This document shows, piece by piece, positions 35,701 to 46,039 of a DNA stretch of 64,000 nucleotides. A model generated the notes under the pieces. It saw nothing but the letters and a program-made list of their open reading frames with translations, did no database searches and was not told the DNA's origin. This stretch comes from Orbicella franksi. Taxonomy: Eukaryota. The number at the start of each line of letters is the position of its first letter. Positions within the stretch are counted from its first letter, which is position 1. Made by a program: the position numbers and the translations under genes. The stretch covers positions 18,476,001 to 18,540,000 of the forward strand of contig OZ116709.1 of assembly GCA_964199315.1 (NCBI GenBank), written 5' to 3'.

Positions 35701-38300
35701 ACGTTGGTTATTTAAGGCGCTACAGCATTGATTGTTTTTCGCTGTAGTTATCGGGGGACTGAGTACATTAGAACGGTATCCGAAAATTCAATGAGCTAGC
35801 GGTATTCCTCAGAGAAGTTGCTTAGCAACGTGACATATTCTTATGGCGCCATGTTGACGTGACGCCTTTCGCATGGCTAGTGAGTGCTTGTGCTGTATTT
35901 TCATTGGATAATAAGCATCGGAAACGGCTCGAGTGGTTCTGCGAAGATTCTCCGTTAACGTCACTCGTTTCCCCGATTGTGGACCTGGCGTTTAGTCGTT
36001 GTCTGTTTAATTATCTTTCTCGTTTCATTGATCAAAACAGTTCATTGCTTGATGGCCTCTATAGAAGGAAGTTGCTAATGTGGAAGTTTCTTCTCTTTTC
36101 CTTACTTCTGGTATTTAACTTTTTTTTATCTTTCTACCTTTCTAATGCTTTTCGTACTTAACCTTTCACATTCATGTTCCACTCTTGCGTAAAGTCACTA
36201 AAACACGACCGAAGGATCCTTTGCGAACTTTGACATATGGCAAAATGGAAACATTTGTTCATTAGAAATGAGAAGAATTGGTCTTGTACAAACTGCAAGC
36301 TCAACGTGTCTGTTTACCAATGTCATGCAAGCCAAGCAGTGTTCTCGGACGAAACAGTCGATCGTCGATTAATAGATCGAGTCTACGGTGATTGTCGTAG
36401 GAGTTGCTAAGTACTTTAACGTTTCTTATTGGAGGTTTTGCCAATCTTAGATTTTTTTGACATTTCCAAATACCCAAGTTGTACCTCTGACAGTACAAAA
36501 GAAAAACAATGATACAGAAGTGGAAGGCTGGGAATAGATGGAAGCAAGTATGGCCGCTCTCGGTCTGCCGAAAAGTTTCCGATTCTTTTTGTCCAATCGC
36601 AAATTAGAACGAGCACCCGAAATCAAGACGAATGTTGTCACGTCTGCATTGCTCCGCAAGAAAGCGTCAGCGGCGTATCTTAGCGACATCTTTGACGGAT
36701 ACCTCAAGCTCAGTCAATGTTTGGATTGGTTTCCGACATAACACAGTTCCATTATACTTAGGTCCTCTTAAGGGTACTCCTGTAAGGGTTGTTCTTTCCT
36801 TAATCTCCGTTGAAGCAATCATTATCTGATATTTCATATTAGTCAGTGTTTCTAACTGTCATACTGTTAGGAATCTGCGCATTTTACTGTTATCTGAGTG
36901 AAGTGATGAACGACTTGGAACACTGACGAGCCAGGAAAAACTCAAAATTATGTTAGTACTACAAAACACGTCACAACACAAGATTACTAAACCTGCAGTC
37001 ATAACATTTTCATTCTTCAAGTCACTGCATGACTAGCTACCTTATCTGTATCGTTATTTACGATCAATTTTGACTGAAATTTTAATAACTTGCGATAATT
37101 CTTTTAACTAGTTCATTTTAATTGACATTTTCGTTTCTTTTTTTGTGTTCATTTGCTTCCTTTGTTGTTTCCAAACCCTAGAAGTTCTTTTGCTGCATTC
37201 TTTTCAAGTTCTTTAATCCTTGTTTTCTCGTTTAGCTTTCTGTTAATCTTGTTCTCATTTAGTTTATCTGTTTTGCATTTGTTTAATTTACTTGTTTCTC
37301 TGATATGTTTTGACAAACAGGGCTCGTACAATTTCTGATACTAGAATTTCCTGGACGTTTCCGTGACTGGATATCTGAAATTTCGACGGAAGCTAATTGT
37401 TCACGGAATCTGTGAATAAATTTGTCCACAAAATCTTACTTCCTAGCTAAAATATTTTAAACTTTCCTTGACCAGTACGAAACTTGTTTCACTGACCGCT
37501 TTCATTACGAACGAGTTCTTGAATTAATTTGCAGAATATTGATGAACAATCAGCATCACGTAAAAGTATAGTTCAGTAGCTTTCACTTGACCACCAGGGT
37601 TTCATTCATTAACTTAAAAGTTCGAACAACATGGAGTGACCAGTTTATTATTGTGTAAACCATAGTTAATAGAGGGGAATGGTTGTGAAACTCGACAAAG
37701 TTCTTTGTTGTATGTTTTTGTTCTCTTTTTTGGCCTTGACCGTGCACAAAACACAATACATAATTGTTTACTACTGACGGAGGAACTAACCAATAGAAAC
37801 GTGTTGGTTACGTAATTCTTGCATAGTGTATGAACGCAAAACAAAAGACTGTGCGCGGTCGTGGACCTTCCAACATAAATGTCGACATCTTTGTTTGCTC
37901 CTTTGTTGTTTGCCGGGCTTCATAACCATTCCTTCTATTGACTATGTGTAAACGTTTCCTATAATTTGGAAGAAATTACAGTCCAACGTTACGGCGAGGA
38001 GCTTTGGAAACCCTTTTTCGTAATCTTGGTATCGTCACAGAAAAGTGCTGCCTGGCGACTAAAGTAACCCCTGTCAAGTAGATCAAATTTAAGTGTAGAC
38101 TAATCTAATCTATTCTTCACATTTTCTGTCAGGAATCTTCCGTGGGTTCTTCAGAAAAGTATAGCTCCCTAAATGGTACTCATCACGTTACAGAGGACAC
38201 GCCCAAGAAGAAAAAAGGAATCTTTTCCAAAGGAAAACAAATGTTCAAGAAGATCGCAAAGGGTCACAACTCACCGCGGGGAAACAGTTCCAAGAGATAG
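8721..38300 (+). CDS. RIMBP2: RIMS-binding protein (RIM-BP; RIMBP2/TSPOAP1/RIMBP3 family), ~2170 aa, 27 exons: 8721-9563, 11788-11886, 12614-12766, 13233-13409, 16513-16755, 18045-18128, 19382-19471, 19821-19943, 20434-20538, 20673-20916, 21547-21840, 22561-22839, 23583-23848, 24745-24820, 25131-25178, 25573-25611, 26819-26917, 27638-27847, 28266-28456, 28570-28651, 29504-29800, 30306-31123, 32509-33471, 34058-34399, 34903-34974, 35142-35249, 38133-38300
   Basis: Exons sum to 6513 nt (2171 codons), all GT-AG and phase-consistent. Diagnostic domain order: coiled coil (KLKKRNTELVSIARQLEDKAKKLQ; ARQRAKDLAEHAKSLLSKEKEL), SH3 ([49 protein letters not shown]), three FN3 repeats, and two SH3 domains ([40 protein letters not shown]). 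Ends in a KKKKGIFSKGKQMFKKI tail. The symbol names the family; one-to-one orthology to RIMBP2 is not established. Confidence 0.93.
21882..22097. mobile_element. Decayed palindromic MITE-like element (TAGCC... terminus type) in RIM-BP intron 11
   Basis: Inverted arms ttcagttagtcggg (21898-21911) and cccaactaactgaa (22068-22081); many TG/CA mismatches between the arms. Confidence 0.6.
23360..23529 (-). mobile_element. Truncated or internally deleted copy of the 28962-29413 TIR element (Tc1/mariner-like, TA target)
   Basis: The reverse complement of 23459-23529 matches 28960-29029 at roughly 80% by manual alignment. Confidence 0.65.
23583..24820 (+). other. RIM-BP SH3 domain 1 (exons 13-14)
   Basis: [63 protein letters not shown]. 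Confidence 0.9.
23984..24358. mobile_element. Non-autonomous TIR element (PIF/Harbinger-like MITE)
   Basis: Left ggagagcttaagcaacgacgacgacgacg versus right cgtcgtcgtcgtggtttgcttaaagctccc. The superfamily assignment is inference. Confidence 0.75.
25185..25348. mobile_element. Short TIR MITE with TA flanks, inserted 6 nt into RIM-BP intron 15
   Basis: Left tacaatttgagcctgcgtattcgaa versus right ttcgaaatagcgggattcaactgta. Confidence 0.6.
26169..26557. mobile_element. Non-autonomous TIR element (Harbinger-like MITE)
   Basis: Left cgtccacactacgccggaggaatttgaaaacg (26186-26217) versus right cgttttgaaattcctccagcgtagtgtgaacg (26518-26549). Confidence 0.8.
28266..30620 (+). other. RIM-BP three fibronectin type III repeats (exons 19-22)
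   Basis: VPSPRRLHLERQFTQSVLLSWKP; FAPSHVHVMCVSPTSAKIEWSPGNS; LPDPPLDVEV..WIPVTITEKGTSNGARVTGYKVY. Confidence 0.9.
28962..29413. mobile_element. Non-autonomous TIR element (Tc1/mariner-like MITE)
   Basis: Left (ta)cagtcgaatccctatcaagcagccacc versus right ggtggtcgcttaatagaggttcgactg; internal repeated ggccgcttaatag motifs. Confidence 0.75.
31183..31971. mobile_element. Non-autonomous DNA transposon with TTAA target duplication and GG..CC termini (Kolobok-like)
   Basis: ttaa|ggtggctgaacacagtttt ... aaaactgtgttcggccacc|ttaa: 19-bp TIR with 1 mismatch, TTAA on both sides. Confidence 0.85.
31328..31341. promoter_or_regulatory. Perfect palindromic RFX X-box sequence (GTTGCCATGGCAAC), carried inside the TTAA transposon
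   Basis: Exact consensus match seen in the sequence; function untested. Confidence 0.35.
32105..32262 (-). mobile_element. Possible 3' end of a non-LTR retroelement (stem-loop, T-rich tract and (TAAA)n tail on the minus strand)
   Basis: Hairpin gggagccgct...agcggtccc (32224-32259), an A-rich tract and a tttatttattt terminus; no coding remnant was seen. Confidence 0.35.
33366..35195 (+). other. RIM-BP SH3 domains 2 and 3 (exons 23-26)
   Basis: [122 protein letters not shown]. Confidence 0.92.
37661..37946. mobile_element. 286-bp MITE with CATAG termini and 7-bp TSD (P-superfamily-like), copy 1
   Basis: TIR catagttaatagaggggaatggtt / aaccattccttctattgactatg; TGTAAAC duplicated at 37654-37660 and 37947-37953. 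Confidence 0.85.
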
Positions 38301-39375
38301 CGCTGTTAGTCGAATTCTGCTGATTAAATTATTCACAATCGTTTGTACATTAGTGATCTGAATGAACGAAATTTAGTTTTATAGCCTTTAGAGAATTGTA
38401 TTTTGTATCCGGGTTACATTTTATTCAGTGTAAATGGAAATACGGCTGTAAATGTGGGCTTGGCCCTTAATTTATAAAATGAGCCCGATTTTTGGACTCG
38501 GGCTGCTTCCTGTGATACGGAAGTTATTTTACTTGCTGGTCAGATAATGTTATTATAGACATATTTTATTGACTTACTGCCAAGTCTCACTGGTTTGCAG
38601 TTTTCAGTTCTTCCCAGCTAGGCACAGAATATTCTAATGGATCGTTCTTATCCAAACACAACACAATGCACACTGCTTTCAACACGTTTTACCTTTCAAA
38701 AGCTGATAAGTGTTTGTATTTAATACGCTTCTTTCAAGAGAGAATCTGATTTGTACATTTTGTGTAAAGAAACCATATATTATATTACCTCAAGAGTGGT
38801 AGCTATTATCGATTAATATATTTAGCAGAGTTTTACCAATGTAGTCACAGAAAAGCCTTATTAATTAAAAACTATTTTACGGAGAGAATGTGTTACTAAA
38901 ATTGGCTAAGTGGGTTTGGGGGCGTTTTGCTACAGTCTAAGATGTTAATTCAAGGGACCATTTCCAACTAAGAGAGGTGTCAGTCGTAAAGAGAGTTAGT
39001 TTTAAAAAAACAAACAAACAAGCAAAAAACAAAATTCAGCGTGGATAAAGCAGCCAACTATGTCCGCCTTAGAGTGGTGTTGTAACACCCAAGGAACGTG
39101 ACTACCGTTGCAGCATGTCACGCATTATAATGTCACACTTATACTTTTGACGTTCTTTTCACCTAATTAGCGCCTAATATGTGACGGTCCATCAAAGATA
39201 AGTTTCCCTTTTAAACCAACCTTTCATACCCTTAACGAAAAATAGTTTTCGGCTAGCCAACAAATTTAATGAGTTACTTCGAGGGCACGAAAAACTATCC
39301 GGGGCTAGCTGCTGATTAAACTAAACCCAACAGTTAGTGGAGTTGGTATTTTTGTTTCTATTCGCTGAAAACTAA

Positions 39376-42300
39376 TCACCAGTTCACTTGGTCGGACTGG
39401 AGGGGTTGGATAATAATCAGTTCATTAGGTAATTGAACTGTCCTACCAATGTCCAAACGGAACCTCGCCTGTGAGCTAACCAATATCGCCAGAAGGACTG
39501 GGGCTGATTGAGCGCGTGACGTAACGGTAATCTGCGACTGAGATGAGCCAGTCACGAAGTCGATGCTGTTTCCATGGTAATCAATACCAACAAATTTTAC
39601 TTGTGTGCCTCCCGGGAGAAGCATGGGTTTAAATTGGAGGTGTTTGTAATCGAGAAGCCGCAATCCGCCATAACCGAACAACACAGACTGCAAAAATCCC
39701 CCAGCACCCGTGATGAAGTTCACAGCGCCCCCACCGTCTGCTCCCTCGGTCCAAACCATGAACGGTTCCTTAGCGTTCACATAGCTTTCCCTGAATGAAG
39801 TCTCTGCACGGGCGTATTCCCCGACATCGAGCCAGTTGACCGCGAACATTGATTTAGTCATGGCGGGCCCTCTTGGGTTCGTCCGGGGTTCATAAAAACT
39901 CAGATCACTTCGACGAACGTCGAGGCTCATGTTGACCATGAGTGGAAATCCGAGGAGAATGACATCGGCTTGCTTGACTTCGACTCCATTATACCCCTCG
40001 TATTCCGGATGGTAGTTGTTAGTAGAATCGAACGGAATAAACATGTTCTGTGCAATGGTCTTCCAGTTTTTGGAAGCATTCGGCAAGGCTTGGTAAGCGA
40101 ATTCGAGATTCATTTTCGCGATCGTGTTCGTGTAGGCCGAGTTGTTGACGACTTCGGCGTCTTCGTCAGGCGGCATGACGTCATAAATGACGTAAGCTTT
40201 CTTCGAGTCGTTGTACCATGCGCGGTTGGCCCAGAATTCCGCAGTGGCTCGAATGACCGGGAAGGCCTGGCGCTCAAGCCACTGTTGATCGCCAGATGCC
40301 ATCCAGAGCTGTTTGATTGCAAATGCTATGTCCCCGATAATGTGCTGCTCGTAATCGGAGTAAATCTCTCCTGGGCACACTTCTGAGCCAGTCAAGGCGC
40401 TTTCCCAAGGAAACATGGCGCCTGTGGAAAGACAATGAGAAGAAATAGATTTATACAACCCAAATACGACAGAGTTCAAATGAAGTCATTCTCTTCGCAC
40501 CCACCTTTAAACCCATATTTCTTGGCTTTGTCTTCAGCTGCCTGAAGTCTTGCAAACCTGTAAGCGAGGCACGTTCGTGCAAAATCTTGGTGCAGAAGGA
40601 CTAACGGAGGGAACATCCATGTCTCTTGGTCCCAAAACACGTGGCCATCATAACCATCAGTAGCCAGGCCTCCTGGACTCAGACCGAAGATCCATGAGGG
40701 ACGTAATGAGCTGAAAGGAAATGACGTCATTGAACATAAACTGAATAGATGCCAGTTCAAACTGGAGTTAAGGGAACTAAATTGTTCGGAAGACGCAAAC
40801 GTGAGAACCAGCTCATAGTTCTTACCAAGAGATTCAGATCACGTTCTCTTATTGTCACCGAAAAGCCCCACCGGGAAAGTGTCACTGCAGGGGTAGATCC
40901 AGAATTTTACCTGAGTGACTTACATCAACTTAACTAGGGGGATTGGGGGCACGCTCCCCCAAGAAAATTTGAAATTTATTGCTCCAGTCAGAATGCAACT
41001 TTTCTGTTTTCAGAGAAACAAACGCAGGTTTGGAAACATTTGATTGATTTCTTCAACTTTGATTGATTTCTTTAATCATTTTAACTATTCTGAATCCAAC
41101 CCCGCACTAAGTTATGGTATTATTGTGTGGTTAGTGTCAACGAACGTAAGGTTTGACGCAGGCTTCAAACGAACTTCAAGCGACTGGGCAAAACCTACGA
41201 TGATAATATTCACAGCAACTTCCCGGAGTTACTGAAAGAACAGGAAAAATGACTCGTACGTTTGACTTAATCAATGTATGACGGCGAAAAGCGCAGGTGA
41301 ACTCCTTTGGGTAGAAACAAAAACTTCCCCGAAATTTGTCTGACAAACTCTATGAAAGGAAAAGAAGAATTGGAACTACCATTTTTTTTTTTTTACTAAC
41401 ATGTCGTATACGCGTGATCACGTTCGCTTTCGCGTCACGTATCACTCGCGTTTAACGTTTATCGCCTTCCTTTTTCTTGGAATGTTTGTTCAAATTTACG
41501 TTATCTGAGTTTTCACGTCCCTCTTCCGTTCTCGGACAGGAAACAACTACTGTGTGAAACGAAATGGACTTCTATAGCTATGTAGTATTTGCCTGGTATG
41601 CATCATTTGCTGTTGGTATGCTTATTGTTTGAAGTGATCGTGTTATATGAAACCTCACATAACTTGCTGTTCCACAAAATTATATTTTAAAGAGGGATTA
41701 GTCTAATCCTGTCCTTAGCATTCTATTGTTTTACTAATTCAATATAACCCTTGAATGTATAGAAGGGTTATTGACCAAGTGTGAGGTCAAGAGTTCTGAA
41801 TGTCGGCCAAGTTCTTTTTATGGGTCTCGAGGTCCATAAACACGCAAAAATAAAAAACGAGGCCAATATCCAGCCTTGTTGCCGGACAAGTTTGGTCAAC
41901 AAATGATAGGGTATCAAGAACCATTTGCTTGCAGGGAAACAGCGATTAATCCCAGAACACCTTCTTGGCCATTCGGTTAGCAAATTTCGCTCATCTTGCC
42001 CGCTTGCATAGCAGTCAATTACATTTTAATAAAATTAAGGGATTTCCGCGATGTTGTACCATATTTATTATTGCAACGTATGTTGGCAAGGCTGAAGAGT
42101 TGGCTTTTGTCATAGCGGGGACTTCTATTTAAAAGCGTTCCGCGTTATATCAGAGTTGTACCGTATTAATCAAAGAGGTTTAAAGCAAAAGGATGCTCAT
42201 ATCTGTAGGTTTTCCTAACCGAGTGGCCCTGGGTAAGACCTACAATGGTGCAGGGATTTGTTTTATTTCAAGGGTTAAGGTATGCAAGCGAGTAATATCA

Positions 42301-43373
42301 TTTAAAGTTGAAAAAAAACACACACACCTTATCTAAATCTCATTAAGAACTTCCTTTAGCAATGTTTACAGAACGATTTGGCAGGCATTCCTCATTTATT
42401 ACATTAGTTGAGCACTATTGTACTTATAAAATAATTGTCTAAAGGGATGTTAATAAGGCATCAACCTGTTAAACTAGTGAATAAGAGGTTTTTATCAATA
42501 CCTGAGTGTGTAATAGAGACTACCGGAAATTGTCTGTGCCAGTGTAAGATTGCCTTCCACTTCGATCCGCCCATCATTCCATATTTCTCTCCAGGCTTGG
42601 ACGTGACTTTCTAAGAGCTCTTCCGGTTTTTCCATTGCTGCTGTGTAAGCTTCGCGTGCGCTTGTCACGAAATCTTTAGCATCTAAACTGGTGGCTATAG
42701 CCGTAATAAAGAAAAACGTTTGGGTCTGCGCAGAGGGCTTGATCAGCAGACGAGGTGGTATTTCCCCCCAGACCACCGCTACTCCCTCCCTTCGACTGTC
42801 TGGTTCCTCCGTTATCCTAATATACCCTGACATGGCATTGATCTTAGGGTCATTCTGAGATTTACGCGGAACATCATCTCTTTGGAACTCTATATCAGCG
42901 CTTGGCGGTCCAACTACATTAGTCAGGAACAAGCTTACTGTGTCACGCATGTTGTTTTGTAAGGAAATCTCCGTGACAAGTACATGCTGGCGAACTCGAT
43001 GAGCGTAGATCTTTTGCTCCAAGGTGAAGTTTTCGACGACTAAGCGGTGATAAAACACGCCTTGTTCGACGTTCAGACTGAACAGCTCCACGGTCGCGTT
43101 GGAGGTCAGATTACTTCGCACGATAATCGCCGCAGTCGATGGAATTCGTGCCCTATGACTCGGTGTTTTTGTTCCTCGTCCGTTGAAGATCCCAGACACG
43201 TAAACAGTATCGCTGAAAACTGTAGTAGCTAAGTAACCGTTTCCAACACTCGGGTTTAATCGAGGATCCCAGGAAAGACTAGAAGATTCGAAGTTTGTCG
43301 CATTTGGTGCAGCAATGCCAGTATGACAAAAGCAAACCAGGCAAAGAGTGATGGCCAAAAACGCAGACGTCAT
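39376..43373 (-). CDS. PGGHG: Protein-glucosylgalactosylhydroxylysine glucosidase (GH65, acid-trehalase-like ATHL1), ~707 aa. Exons 43373-42502, 40710-40505, 40421-39376
   Basis: Exons sum to 2124 nt and are phase-consistent GT-AG. Motifs: GSLYYTLSS, GLSPGGL, YDGHVFWDQETWMFP, GAMFPWESA..G.EVCP, VMPPDE, VKQADVILLGFP, GPAMTKSMFAV, PFMVWTE..GGAVNFITGAGGFLQ. The catalytic acidic residues (FWD, PDE, WTE) are intact. Confidence 0.95.
41768..41902. repeat. Palindromic dispersed repeat in PGGHG intron 1
   Basis: Inverted arms ttattgaccaag / tttggtcaacaa and ggccaagttctttt / aaaaaacgaggcc. Confidence 0.5.
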
Positions 43374-46039
43374 TTAGCCTGTGAGTGGATTCTTTGCGAT
43401 TCCTTCAGCTGTAATGCAGGTCTGTACTTGATTTACTTCAGTGATAACGCCAAACCAAAGTCAGCATATGTAGCTCACTGAGTAAGAGAGCAAGACAGGG
43501 AGCAATATTTAGCTATTGGGCCCAACAGTTCCCTCAGACTTGTTTAGTTCAATGATATCCCAGTCCTCAGAAACAGCAAGTTCTCTGCGCTATATGGCGC
43601 ATGACTATCAGTAATATGATCTTGGCAGTGCAATGATGCAGTATCTATTTTTTTTTGGAAGACCACCATTGTCCTTCATGGTTCGCCAACGTGAACTAAA
43701 TTGATAAAAATGTAATCCACAACACAACTTATTTTGCGTTAAAAATTGGAAACACTCTCGCGCTCTTTCTTTTCTCTTCCCTCTATTTCCCATCTTTTGC
43801 AATCTTTGCGGATACTCTTGGGCAGCCATAAATTAAAGGCCATTTTTTTTAGGCTGAAGGGATGTTAGGTTTGTAACTGACGCTCTCTCTTTCCTTTCAA
43901 TTCTGGATGAATTTTTTCGTTTGTTAAAAATCTTAATCTCCGTGCGTCAAGTCAGAAAAATGAAAAATGAGCTGATGACGTGACTAAAAGGTTTAATGCA
44001 ATTAGACATAGATAATCTGGCAGTGAGAAGGATCAATGTCGAACTAATCTTTTCCGTTTTGAATTTAGAGTTTTTAGCAGCTGAGCGAAGCCGTACTACT
44101 GGCTCTCTGTAGGATACACGGATCTCGTACCAGAAATAATATTCGCGCGCTTGTGCCGGTCGTCCCTCTCTTCCAATCCCCAGTCAGATTAGTTGGAGAA
44201 GGGAGAAAAGGAGGGGGAGGGGGCGGGGAAGGGGGCAAGCAAAGGGTAACACTTCAGGTTAATTAATGAAATAGAAAAGAGCCGTATAAATGAATTTCTA
44301 CCAAACAGTGTAAAGCAATGAAGGCCCTGTTCAGGGAAATTGTGAAAAGGCGTATCATCTCCTGACGTTATCATATCAGCCTGCGGAACAGTCGGTTTAG
44401 CGCGAGCGGGTCAGAGCGCGCGTGGAGCAAGACTCCAAGAGTACTAAGTACGATCGCGCGTTGACGACCAGATTCAAGACTAAATGTTTTTAGAACCCTA
44501 CAACCACATTTGAAATGAAACAAAATTAGAACGTTCTCAGTGACCATTTTAAAAATTCTGCTCGTAGAGCGAGATGGGCTCTTCCCTAAAATTAGCAAAT
44601 AAAGAAGATTGCAAATATTTTCAGCCCCCAAATGAGCCGTATCTATATATATTTTTGTGATAGATATTTTTCAAGCGTCAGATTATTTTTCACAAAATAA
44701 CCGGCTCAAACTAACTTATAACTTACATAATTTTATGTCAATTCATTGAACCCAACTGAAGACGGTTATTTCAAAAACAGAAGGCTGGAAACAGCATAGC
44801 CAGCGTTTGCAGACAAATTTACACCTATTGTTTTAATTTCGCCAGCGGAAATCCGTCTTCGTTCGTAGCTTAGATATAGTAAAGCCACATCAGAATTAGA
44901 TTAATTACGACCGTATTGTGACTAAAATAACTTACGCTCGATATTATCAACAGGATACACGGAATTTTCTGAGAGTAAATGAGTAATACTAGGTCTGTAA
45001 CCTTTTTTCTTGCATCCATCCATGCCAGTACGCGCTCCATGTTCGTCAAAATGACATTTACAAGCCAAAAATAGTAAAAGATAAAGTTTGATTTCTTTCG
45101 ATAGCATGAAACAATATGATCGATGAGCAAGCTGCTATAATACATATAGGGCTCGGCCCTCGTACAAATTCACGTGACCAGTGACGCAAAAGCGCCTGTT
45201 ATCGCAGGCCAGATTTTTCGCAAAATCTCAGCTTCATATTTCAACTTTGACCTGGCCATATTATCGATGAAGTTCAATTTCAGTGCAGACAAAAAATTTC
45301 ATTAACGCTCGATATTCGATGTTTAAACTGAAACGATTAAAGTGTATATTTGGCAACGCAAATTTCAAGCACAAGTTCTAAATTCCGCCATGATTATTGA
45401 TGCCTTTAAAACACGCTTTTTCATTAAACCACTGAATTCTTTTTTGTAGCCGAGGTGTTTCTGAACACGTTTCAGAGCCGGTTGGAATTAATCATAAAAA
45501 TTAGAATGCTGTTGCGAAGAGTTAAACAAAATTTGCTTTCCACATATCAGAATGAATTCCTTGAATTCTATCAACTGTGTAAACCGGATGCCTATTTTGA
45601 ATGTATTGCCCAATTTATTTACATCTCAGCTATACCAAATCCCGACCTTTATTTCAGAATGTCGTCTGACAGGGCTGTCCTTAATATATCAAAGAAAAGC
45701 TGACTTTTGCTCAAGCGACTTGTCGTTCTGACTTTCAAAGATCTTTGATCTTCATTGTTTGCTCTTTAAACAGTCTTTGCTGTAACTGCGGTTTTAATAA
45801 AACCAAGATCAACAGCGATTGGCCGGTTGTGGCGGGATTTCGGAAAATGTCAACAATGGAGAGCGCTATTGGTGTTTCTACTTTCCATTAATATACTCGC
45901 AGACCAGTGACGCAGACATGCAGATTTTGTCGTATAGATTATTTATTTTCCTCGTAGAAAAACAAACAAGCTTATAAATGTTCCTTCGACATGGATTCGA
46001 CCGACAGGTCAGTGCAATGTTGAATTCGAAAACAACGAT

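Noticed and set aside
39970-40386. 138-aa plus-strand ORF and neighbours
   Set aside because: Antisense shadow of PGGHG exon 3.
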